From positions 53,568,001 through 53,632,000 of the forward strand of contig NC_043005.1 of NCBI RefSeq assembly GCF_006345805.1: DNA of 64,000 nt, read 5' to 3'. The notes beneath the pieces were generated by a model, which saw only the letters and a program-made list of their open reading frames with translations, was not told the DNA's origin and did not search any database. Position numbers and translations under genes: made by a program. This document shows positions 40,051-51,839 of this stretch, piece by piece (positions within the stretch are counted from its first letter, which is position 1; each line of letters opens with the position of its first letter). This stretch comes from Octopus sinensis. Its lineage: Eukaryota.

Positions 40051-40478
40051 AGTGTGTGTGTGTGTGTGTTTGTGTATCTTACGATAAGTGTTTTCTTTTA
40101 CACAGTTTCCTTCACTAATTTCCTGTTTGAGGCATTATTCGTTCAGGGACTACAGTAGAGGACACTTACTCAAAGTACCACGCACTGATACCGAACTCAA
40201 AACTATGTGGTTGTGAGCCGACCTTATTATCTACGCAACCACGAACGACGGAAGCCCTATTATCTTCAACGATCTACCAGTCTACCAGTCTACCAGTCTA
40301 CCATTCCTCTTCATTGCCCATATTAATCTCTTCTTCGTTAAAATATGGAGGAAGTCTCACATCCTTGAATATTAATTTCTTGGACTGAGTACGAGGCGAT
40401 TCGATCCGCTATTCCAGAGAGTTGAACGTTGGAGTATTTTGCTGTTGTTTATACATCTGGTGTTCTCTTTTATTTTGT

Positions 40479-40519
40479 ACTAGCATTATGACCCGGCGTT
40501 GCCGGGTCATAATGCTAGT
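40479..40519. repeat. Perfect 19-bp-stem palindrome
   Basis: ACTAGCATTATGACCCGGC-GTT-GCCGGGTCATAATGCTAGT. Confidence 0.97.
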
Positions 40520-40644
40520 TTGGTATAAACTTGTTAAATTTGTCGTAATAAAACATACAATGACATATTAAAAAGACGAATTAAAATTCCAGAGAAAAAT
40601 ACATAGAAGATAAATATACAAATTTACAAAAATACATAAAAGTT

Positions 40645-40726
40645 CATCTACAGGCCGTTTTGGAGATGCATCAATTAATATGAAACATATTATATATTTA
40701 AAATTGACACTCCCCTCGTCAGGATG
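40645..40726 (-). ncRNA. Degenerate hammerhead motif (G12 apparently mutated)
   Basis: CATC-CTGACGA-stem II-AAAAC-GGCCT-GTA-GATG with a perfect 4-bp stem I. Confidence 0.4.
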
Positions 40727-41460
40727 TTTTTTACACACAACACATAGTACACGGAAACAAATGCACAATTACCTGCTACAAACGAAAGACCAGACATTAC
40801 GTACTCCCAAAAATTTTCCTATATACTGAATGCTACTTTATAAGCATATAATTCAATCTAGCAGCTATAGTAAATGGTATGAGCACATGTCCATCTGGAC
40901 TAATTCACTTCTGCACTCAATTAAATTTTTCATCTTTTAATTTCTCCCATTCATGCAAAGCCACATATTCGAGTTCAAGTCCTTGATACATTTTATACTA
41001 ATTGCTATTTTTTCTTTTAATTGTTATATAACGATTTAATTACCATTTTAATAAAATAAAATATATTTAATTACTACTTACTATATTTACTGTGTAACTC
41101 AATTGTTATTATTACCTCTAACTTTTATTGCAATTTTTATTTCTAAATTTCTTATGGAACGTCGAGTGGATCTTATGCATACAATATATTTTTTATATGA
41201 TGTTTATATATTTATATATTACTATATATTTCTAAACGTCGGGATTTATGTCTGTTCTGTAGATATAAATGAATATATGAATATATGTATGTGTTTGATC
41301 TTTCTGTGGATTTTGTAGTGCTTTTGTAGTTGCTGCTCGCATTGCCTCCCCTCGGATTAAAAAGTGTATACAGCTCATTTGAGCACTACTGTTCCAGTAT
41401 GTTATATATTTTGAGCGTTGTTGTCACTAACCATTTCAAAATATAACTTTATATTTTGTA

Positions 41461-41553
<93 letters not shown>

Positions 41554-41579
41554 TACATCCATATACATACAATAGAGAG

Positions 41580-41805
41580 ATGTTTTTGTTTCGCTTTTAA
41601 CACGTAATACTGAAATAGTGGAGAAGATATGATACTGCTGTGGGCTCGCTCTAGGCAAGAAGTTAAACATTTTTTTGCCCATGATACTACATGGACCCGA
41701 AGTAAGGCATGTGTAAAATTTGAATGAAACTGGTTCTGTAGCTATCAAGTTTTAGGGAAACATACAGACAGACAGACACACATTCTCGGTTTTATATATA
41801 GAGAT
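41580..41805 (+). mobile_element. Helentron/DINE-like 3' region
   Basis: AAATTTGAATGAAACTGG..(CAGA)n..TTTTATATATAGAGAT end. Confidence 0.45.
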
Positions 41806-43772
41806 ATTTCCAGTTTTCAGGTTATGAAGACTTTAAATCGTCCTTAAGACTTTCTACCCTACACCGGTCGTTTCTGTTCCTTGCAGCAGTGAACAATGCC
41901 TAATCGTAGTTCATATGAAAATTTAAGTGAGCTGTATCATCGGGATATATATATGTGTGTGCCTTTGTGCGTGTGTGTGTGTGAGAGAGAGTGCGTGTGT
42001 GTTTGTGTGAGTGCGTTTGTGTGAGTGCGTGCGAGCGTATGTGTGTGTGTGTGTGTGTTTGTCCAAGTATTAATACTGGTGACTTGTTGCGATAGACACT
42101 GTTTACCCATAACAGTCAACACATTACAGACTTGTCATCTAAGGGTTTTCTAAGTTATGACTTCGACCATAATTATTATGGTGTGAATAATGATGATATG
42201 AATAATAACTACATCATCGGCAGGAAAGGTAACATACTGACAATAAAGAACATAACTCTTGAAAGCTTCAGTCATTTTGAGAATAACTTGTAAAAGTGAA
42301 AATCGCGAAATAAAAAATTTTGTTTGTCCATGAAAAATAAAAACAAGCAAAACTATGCAAAAGACACTCGTAAAAATTCTATCAAGACATTCTAGCTCTT
42401 CAGCTATTCTGTAGAATCGAGGGGAAGGGAGACAGAGAGGCGGGTAGAGACGAGAGATCTTGAGTATAACAAAAAAAGAAAAAGAAAGAAATTATAAAAA
42501 ACACAACTTCAACGAAAGATAATACAAAACATTGGGTCAAAACAGTAAATACATTCTGGAAACGTAACTTTTTTACGGCTGCAAGCATTTAGGCTTTCTT
42601 CAAGATATAACTGTGGTGTTAGTGGTGGTAATGAAGATTATGATGATGAAGACGACGACAGCGATAACGACGATAATACAAAATACACACCCATACACAT
42701 AAATACGTACATATATATATGTATGCCTATATATATTATACATACAAACACTCATACATATATATACATATGTATATATATATATATATATGAACACAAA
42801 CGAAGAAACTACGTATTCTTTTGTTTGGGTGTTATCCTTCATTATCAAAGACTATTCAAAGTTTACAACAATAATAAGTCTTCCCTTAAATCAATCATAC
42901 TTTATCAAGATTTGCCTGATACATGTAAATAATATTTGTATTTATACGCTGAGTTTTCTACTACGCTAAACTTGATTATAAATTCTAGGCATAATCTGCA
43001 AATATGTCTTCCATCTAAATACAGAGACGTTATACCAAATAACATTGGTATTTTGAACAGTTGTTGATAATCTTGACGCGAATATTCTAAGCAGAATTTT
43101 CATTATTTATTTGTGAATATGTTTTACTTATATATTTTTGTTGATATTATTTTATTAATTTTTATTCAGTAGTTTTCTTTTTTGCTTCCTTGTTGTTTGA
43201 TCTTATTCTTCAATTGTTATTTATAATCTTATTTATCAATGAGATTTCTTTGTAACACAATCATTCATTAAATCTGATGAAGATTTACCATTTTTAAATA
43301 TACTCCAATGGATCTTTCTGGAACCTACAACTTCCTTAAGGAAGAAAGCAACAAAGATGTTCAGGCGCCATTTATATTTCTGTTTTGATTTGTTTTTAAA
43401 GTTTATTAACTTATATAAGGTTGGTGATTCAGCAAAATCCTTTACACTCTCTGTAAAAAGTGCTTTGCAGTATTTGTTCCGGTTCTTTTCATTCTGAGTT
43501 CAAATCACTCCAAGGTCAACATTGCTTTTCATCCGTCCAGGGTCAATAAAATAAAGTATCAGTCAAAGTACTGTGGTCGCTATTATCGGCTAACCTGTTC
43601 CATCTAAAAATTGCTGACCTTGTGCATAAATCAGAAACACTTATTAACTAATTGCGTCTATTATATCACTGCACTATCCATTATTCATCTATGTTCGTAT
43701 CTTTCTAACATATACCCTTCTATTTATCCGTCTGAATATCAATTTAATTTATCTCTCTACATTTCTTCATAT

Positions 43773-43921
43773 CATCATCATCATCGTTTAACGTCCCTTT
43801 TCCATGCTAGCATGGGTTGGAAGGTTCGACGGGGGTCTGGGAATCCAGGAGGCTGCACCAGGCTCCAGTCTGATCTGGCAGTGTTTCTACAGCTGGATGT
43901 CCTTCCTAACGCCAACTCTCC
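43773..43921 (-). mobile_element. RTE-related retroposon 3' end with (GAT)n tail
   Basis: Plus strand (CAT)n-CGTTTAACGTCC..CCTTCCTAACGCCAAC. Confidence 0.6.
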
Positions 43922-43980
<59 letters not shown>

Positions 43981-43981
43981 A

Positions 43982-44034
<53 letters not shown>

Positions 44035-44334
44035 TGCATGTACATATATATTATATATATTTATACACATGCATACATGCATACACACATTTATGTCTAA
44101 GGGTGTGTTTTGGTAAATAAGGTTCATCCTAATACCTACAAACTTTGCATTTAACTAACGTCAACAATTATATTGTCAGTAAGTTTGAAATATGTATTTC
44201 ATATTCCTCATTGTATCTCTCTTTGTCTCTCCCTCTCTCTCTACCTATCTATCTCTCTATCTATCTCAGTCTGAATTTCTACTAGTCTATGTGTATGTAT
44301 GTATGTATGTTTGTATGTATGTATGTATGTGTCT

Positions 44335-44690
44335 GTGTCTGGGCAGTGTCTGTGCAAGACCCTGCCTCAGTAAAGCTGGACTCAAGAGTCATCTTCGTAG
44401 TCATAAAGCGAGACAGATGAGTGACAACCTGGCCACTAGTGGTGGTGTTACACATCATACTAATCATATCTGCCAGGCACGTGGAAGAGAGTGTAATTCG
44501 ACATGCAAAGGTACATGAAGCCCAGTTACAACTACAGCCGGCTATTACCGGTAAAGGTTTTAGCTGCCAATTATGTACAAGACATTGTAGATCTTTAGCT
44601 GGGCTAAAAAGTCACATTCGATCACAGCACCAATAACAGTTAAGCTTCGTGCAATGTCCATGCTCGATAACGAGGGGGCAGCCATCATCT
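44335..44690 (+). mobile_element. RTE-type LINE 3' end encoding tandem C2H2 fingers
   Basis: VCARPCLSKAGLKSHLRSH and CQLCTRHCRSLAGLKSHIRSQH, frameshift between them, short 3'UTR ending GCAGCCATCATC. Confidence 0.7.
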
Positions 44691-44691
44691 A

Positions 44692-44872
44692 TGCATGTAT
44701 GCAGATAGACAGACAGACAGGTAGGTAGGTAGACAGGTAGGTAGGTACCGACAGAATAACGAAGGCAAGTGTAATATTGTAACCATAGAAATCTAACAGA
44801 TTAAAGTGTTTATGCTATGTCAAAAATCTTTGGGGGCATTGATCTAATGTGCCTAGCTAACATTGGGGAAAG
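44692..44872. repeat. About 185-bp repeat, inverted copy at 48006-48195
   Basis: Core CCCAATGTTAGCTAGGCACATTAGATCAATGCCC.. matches in reverse complement, about 9 differences in about 125 bp. Confidence 0.92.
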
Positions 44873-45059
44873 GCGAGCGTCATGAATATAATAATAGTGT
44901 AATATTTCACTGTTTTTGATTACTCTTCAGATTGATGTATGATGTACTTCCATTCTTATTTAAGTTTCACTTAACATCTCTTAGATATGGAATCTACACA
45001 TTGTAGATTCCACATCCAGTTAAGACACAGTCAGAGCTAAGGGACAGAAGTGAACAGCA

Positions 45060-45437
45060 GTGGCTCAGTGGTTAGGGCAGCGGACTCGCGGTCGGAAGAT
45101 CGCGGTTTCGATTCCCAGACCGGGCGTTGTGTGTGTTTATTGAGCGAAAACACCTAAAGCTCCACGTGGCTCCGGCAGGGGTGTGGTGGCGACCCCTGTT
45201 GTACTCTTTCGCTCCAACATTCTCTCACTCTTTCTTCCTGTTTCTTATACCCGACTTCCTACGCAACCGCTGAGCCTGGATGCACATTCATCCATCCGTC
45301 GATGCTCTCGGTGTCGGGGGGGTTGACCTGCTTTCTCTTCTGCGGGTCTTACGAATAGCAAAGGGCCACGTTTCGGTCTTCTCCCACTCTGGGACGAAGA
45401 CCGCTTCGCTCAATAAACAAACAAACAAACAAACAGC
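45060..45437 (+). mobile_element. SINE type C head with an alternative tail ending (CAAA)n
   Basis: Head as 15976; tail hairpin CGGTCTTC-TCCCA-CTC-TGGGA-C-GAAGACCG. Confidence 0.85.
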
Positions 45438-46896
45438 AGCAACAATAACTGCATCAGCAAATAAAAAGCATCTCTCTGGTCCTTCAGCCTGCATGTTCTA
45501 ACAAATTGTGAATTCAAGGAAAATATTCTTGGTTGCCTATCCATAATTTTAGCATATTTACTAAGGCATATTTACAGATATAGTCATGCTCCATCATCAA
45601 TATTAGCAGAACTTAGGTCACGATGAACTTGCTTATTTTCCGCAAGATAACAGAAGATATTACAGTATCTTAATTAAAAGAAAGCCATGCTTAAGATACC
45701 TTAATGAAATAAATAATAAAAAGAGTGTATTCACTCTCGCAAACGGCAATACAATAATAAGGCCATGTCTAAGGTTATTGCTATAGCTTCATATGAAAAA
45801 ATAGATTCTTCTCATCCATTTAACTGTGCTACAGAGAAACGAATGTGAAGTTGTCAGATAAAAACTTTATTTCTAAAATCTGGAAGAATTCGATGTCGTT
45901 TGAAAAATGAATATGGTGGTGTACATAGTTACAGGGAACATGGAATGTTGCGTGTCTGTAGGTAGTTCTATAATATCCTATCTAGCTAACATTAGACCTG
46001 AAAAAGAAAGACAATATCTCAATGATTAGCGAAAAGCAGAGAGTGCGCCGACATGGGAATATCAGATGCATGTGACTAACACAATGGATGACGAAGCTCT
46101 GAGAAAAAATCATTTGTATGAAGCTGTAGAATGGTATAGCTTCTAGGCATTAAAACATAATAACATATCATATATTATCTCCTGACAGGTTCAAAATTCC
46201 GCTATCCATTAATAATCTAAAAACTTTTGTCAGCTTTGTATGGTAGAGAAAATATTTATGCCCATGTACAAAGAAATAATTTCATGTAAACACAGTAAGT
46301 TAATTTCTTTATGTCCATAGGAGAAGACTTGTTTTATAATATATTAACCTATCGCAAGAATAATATCTTCATTTTTATCGATAAACATATTCTTTCTTCA
46401 TTATTTCATTCATTCATCACAATTTATTCACAATATAGGTTAAAGTGATATCCATTTGGCATTCTTTCTTCGACACTTTTATAAAATTTTATATTTAATC
46501 TTTTCTCCTGATATATAAGCAACAAACTATTTATTTTTAATGAAATTTATCTTTAGGGCCCTTTAAATTCAAGTGCTTCACACCTTTCATATTCAACTTT
46601 TGATATCAGTATCCATTAAGCCTTCCACTCACAAAAATTCACATTCCGCTACTCTGTATTATGATAATCAAATATGATGAATGTTTATGATGTATTTATA
46701 CATAGTTACATAAACTTCAACGTTATTATAATATCACAAAATTTTAAAGGATATTTTTCAACATTCTCCGCACTACCAATGGTTAGTTTCTGAGCTGTAG
46801 TATCTTGTTTGAGTATTTCAAAATGTAACCACATGTGGATCGTTGGCGATTTTTCTCCTCCGTCTTCCTTTCCGCTGGGACTTTCCTCCGTCTCCT

Positions 46897-46929
46897 GTTT
46901 CTGATGAAGAGCTTTGCTCGAAACGTAAA
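46897..46929 (+). ncRNA. Minimal type I hammerhead candidate within a Penelope-like repeat (about 46825-47030)
   Basis: GTTT-CTGATGA-A-GAGC-TTT-GCTC-GAAAC-GTA-AA; intact core, 4-bp stem II, ACGT palindromic stem III. Confidence 0.6.
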
Positions 46930-47031
46930 TGCACCTTTCTTTCCTTCCCTGAGAGTCTACTTATACTTTGCATGTACCACGTTCTCACGCTGTTTTTTTC
47001 TTTGTGCTTGTTCTTCATTTCTTGGGATTTC

Positions 47032-47100
<69 letters not shown>

Positions 47101-47104
<4 letters not shown>

Positions 47105-47485
47105 CAGGAGTGGCTATGTTGTAAGGAGCTTGCTTACCAACCACATGGTCCCGGGTTCAGTCCTACTGCGTGGAAACTTGGGAAGGTGTCTTCTGCTATA
47201 GTCTTGGGCCGACCAAAGCCTTGTGAGTAGGTTTGGTACATAGAAACTAAAAGAAGCCTGTCGTATGTGTGTGTGTATATCTGTGTGTCTGTGTTTGTCC
47301 TCCAACCATCGTTTGACAGCTGATGCTGGTGTGTTTACGTCCCCGTAACTTAGCAGTTCGGCAAAAGAGAACCGATAGAATAAGTACGACTTACAAACAA
47401 TAAGTCTTGGGGGTGATTTGATCGATTAATAGCGGTGCTCCAGCATGGTCGCAGTTAAATGAATGAAATAAATAAAGAATAAAAG
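47101..47485 (+). mobile_element. SINE type B
   Basis: Matches 5553-5926. Confidence 0.9.
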
Positions 47486-47560
47486 TATATATATATCTAT
47501 ATATATATATATATATATATAAAGATATATACACACAGACACACGCATACACATTTATGT

Positions 47561-47900
47561 AGCGCATGACTCAGTGGCTAGAGGGTCGCACTCACAATCA
47601 CAAAGCCTTAATGAGTTCCATTCCCGGACCGGTCTGTGTTGTTTTCTTGAGCATGATACTTTATTTCACCTTCCTCCAGTTCACTCAGCTGTAAAAATGT
47701 GTTGCAACGTCACTGGTGGCAAGCTGTATTGGCGTTTGCCTTTCCCTTGGATAACATCAGTGGCTTGGAATTGGGAGACTGGTATGCATGGGCGATTGAT
47801 GATCTTCCTTAAACAACCTTCACTGGACTTGTGCTTCGGAGGGGAACTTCCTAGGTACAAATCCATAGTCTTTCATGACCGAAGGGGGTCTTTTACCTAT
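47561..47900 (+). mobile_element. SINE type D, full length
   Basis: tRNA-like head, TTCTTGAGCATGATACTTTATTTCAC, tail GACCGAAGGGGGTCTTTTACC. Confidence 0.85.
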
Positions 47901-47962
47901 ATATTACACACATACATATACATACATACATACAAATACACATACATACATGCATACATACA

Positions 47963-47997
<35 letters not shown>

Positions 47998-49214
47998 GAT
48001 TTTCACCTTTACCCAATGTTAGCTAGGCACATTAGATCAATGCCCTCAAAGATTTTTGACATTGCACAAACACTTTGGTCTGTTAGATTTCTCTGGTTAC
48101 AATATCACACTTGCCCTCGTTATTCTGTCGGTACCTATCTACCTACCTACCTAACTACCTGCTTGCTTGTCTGTCTGTCTATCTGCATACATGCATACAG
48201 GCATGCACATAGGCTAGTAGAAAATCAGTAGAAAATATATACCGAAGGGGGTCTTTTACCTATATATTACAAACATATACATATATACATACACACACAC
48301 ACACGCGCGCGCACACACATATTACTTATCCTACAATCTAATAAGTATTGAGTCCTATTTTGTAGTATGATATATTTAAACTTCATTTCAATGTGCGATA
48401 ATTGTGTATCTATTGTATGTATGAGTGAGTACAAATCCTAGTTTATACTCAAATGAAGAAAATATAAATTTGCATGAATATATACACACAAATATAAGTA
48501 CAAAGCATATACGCCAGGGCTAATACATGCATATTGTTTGTTTTTTAAATATATATGTATTGATTTGATTTTTTGTTTAGATCCTTAGATTAGGTTATTT
48601 CATTATATCGTTCTGGATTCCGTATAATAAATATATATTTCAAATTTGTATTACATTCTATAGTTTCGTGTTCTATTTAAACAATAATTATAATTTTATA
48701 CATACATACACATATACACACACATATACGCACACACACACACATACATCATACATACATATGCAAGTGAAGTTCATGAATTTCGGTACATTTTTATACT
48801 TTTATAGGTATTAACCACCGCGTAACGCCTCCAGTTTGTTAAGACTATGATTATACAGGCATAGACACATACATATATACGTATACAGACATAAGTAATA
48901 TACATATATATGAAACAGCGAATGTTTATTTACATATGTATGCATTATATATATATATAAAGCGAGAGAGCGAGAAATTGACAGACAGACAGATAATAGG
49001 TAGCTAGATAGATTCACTTTATATTCTTTGTCTCAAATTAAAAATTGGAAGTTCAATATTTAACACATATTGCTATATGAGAGCATGCGTAGGCGTGTAT
49101 CTGAGCTTAAACTTGTGAGTGTATATATCTATGCATAAATACATGCGTGTATGTATGCTTATGTAGGCTTCTATGCTTGTATATATTTGTCCCTGCATAT
49201 ATATATATATATAT

Positions 49215-49249
<35 letters not shown>

Positions 49250-49255
<6 letters not shown>

Positions 49256-50029
49256 CATTTATACTCGTATATGCATACATTTATATATATATTCATATTT
49301 GCATTTATATTCACATATACACATACTTATATAAGAGTGATGAATTCTGAATGAAAATTTTGAAAATAATGTATTTTACAATAATGGTTATTTAAAAGTT
49401 ATTTACAGCCAATATATATGTGTGAGAGAGAGCGTTTGTGCGTCTGTTTCTGTGGAAATAAATGTGTTTTAGAAGTATCAGCTTTATAAATGAAAGAGAT
49501 ATTTTGTATATAATGTGAATATGAATTTTTATAGTTGATAAAATACACTCGATTTTCTTTGTATCCAATTCAAATGTAAAGTTCAATATTTAATACTCAA
49601 TTCAATATCCGATATGTGTTTGTGCCTGCCTGTGTGAGAGAGTGTGTGGAAGAAAATGTATATTATATTGCAGTTATTTTGTAGTGTTAAACAAATACGT
49701 ATTACAAGTTACCGAAATTTATTTTATATGTGAAGAGGAGCGACAACACAAAATATTTTTTATTCGCAACAAATATGAAATTTACGGGGAAGCATGACAT
49801 AAGATTTTTATTATGAACAATGAAAAACATTCGAATAATATTTCTATACATTAGGCATGTTTTCATGTTTTATTAGTATTTAGATTAATTTCGCGCTTTC
49901 TAATACCAGAAATATGAAAACATATAAAACTGCATAACAGTTACTTTTCTCTTCTCCCTCCTTGTCTCTCAATCTCTGTCTCTCTCTCACGTAAACACAC
50001 ATACATACATACATACCTACATACATACA

Positions 50030-50061
<32 letters not shown>

Positions 50062-50146
50062 CACACACACACACATATGTATAAGTATATATATTCTTTA
50101 TTTTTATTCTTTTATTCATTCCAGCCATGTAACTGCGCTCATGTAG

Positions 50147-50209
<63 letters not shown>

Positions 50210-50988
50210 CATTTATACTCGTATATGCATACATTTATATATATATTCATATTTGCATTTATATTCACATATACACATACTTATATAAGAGTGATGAATT
50301 CTGAATGAAAATTTTGAAAATAATGTATTTTACAATAATGGTTATTTAAAAGTTATTTACAGCCAATATATATGTGTGAGAGAGAGCGTTTGTGCGTCTG
50401 TTTCTGTGGAAATAAATGTGTTTTAGAAGTATCAGCTTTATAAATGAAAGAGATATTTTGTATATAATGTGAATATGAATTTTTATAGTTGATAAAATAC
50501 ACTCGATTTTCTTTGTATCCAATTCAAATGTAAAGTTCAATATTTAATACTCAATTCAATATCCGATATGTGTTTGTGCCTGCCTGTGTGAGAGAGTGTG
50601 TGGAAGAAAATGTATATTATATTGCAGTTATTTTGTAGTGTTAAACAAATACGTATTACAAGTTACCGAAATTTATTTTATATGTGAAGAGGAGCGACAA
50701 CACAAAATATTTTTTATTCGCAACAAATATGAAATTTACGGGGAAGCATGACATAAGATTTTTATTATGAACAATGAAAAACATTCGAATAATATTTCTA
50801 TACATTAGGCATGTTTTCAATGTTTTATTAGTATTTAGATTAATTTCGCGCTTTCTAATACCAGAAATATGAAAACATATAAAACTGCATAACAGTTACT
50901 TTTCTCTTTCTCCCTCCTTGTCTCTCAATCTCTGTCTCTCTCTCACGTAAACACACATACATACATACATACATAATACATACATACA

Positions 50989-51020
<32 letters not shown>

Positions 51021-51104
51021 CACACACACACATATGTATAAGTATATATATTCTTTATTTTTATTCTTTTATTCATTCCAGCCATGTAACTGCGCTCATG
51101 TAGC
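49250..51104 (+). repeat. Tandem duplication, about 954-bp period, junctions in (TA)n
   Basis: 49250-50147 repeats at 50204-51104; identical ORFs 49392-49586 and 50346-50540. Confidence 0.97.
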
Positions 51105-51105
51105 A

Positions 51106-51180
<75 letters not shown>

Positions 51181-51839
51181 TATAAGGAATAGGAGGTCCC
51201 TGGTACAGTAATATATATTTGAAAACATGACTAGAACTGGTTTTTCAGATAATTTTTCTTTAATAATAATTATATGTATAGGTTATTAGGTAAACAATTA
51301 ATAACTTATAAGCATTCATTTAGCAGAAAAGCCATTTCTATTCATCTTACAAATATATATATACACACATACACACACACATACATTTAAATATGAAATT
51401 GAAGCTGCACTAGAATTACTAACGTTATCAACCTCATATACTTAACATAAAATACCAGTGTATTTGCTGGTAGGCTGCTCATGGGATGGTGGTGAATACT
51501 CTCTCAAAGCGTTGAGGTGAGATGAGTGAGTTATCTCAATCCCATTTAGGAGTGATGGACTGCGATGTGTCGCCCTTTTTATGACTCGTCAACATCACGT
51601 CCCCGACCATGATTGGAGATGAATCACTTCACCAGTCCATAACTTATATGATCGATGCATGCATGCAAAACCTCGTGCGCATATGCCCGGACAATGCTTG
51701 TGTAAAAATAAATTCAAATATGAAATAGAAGCAGGACAAGAGCGATAAACATTATCAACCACATATACTTAACGTACATACTACGAGTATTTGCAGTTAA
51801 GCTGTTCTGGCGTGGTGGAGAATACTCTCTCAAAGGTGA

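Noticed and set aside
43294-43330. CTGATGA followed by a possible stem II
   Set aside because: GAAAC and the cleavage triplet are not recoverable
44988-45012. 11-bp perfect hairpin TGGAATCTACA-CAT-TGTAGATTCCA
   Set aside because: Too short for a pre-miRNA, and the flanking core does not match a hammerhead; probably part of a decayed repeat shared with about 33553-33600
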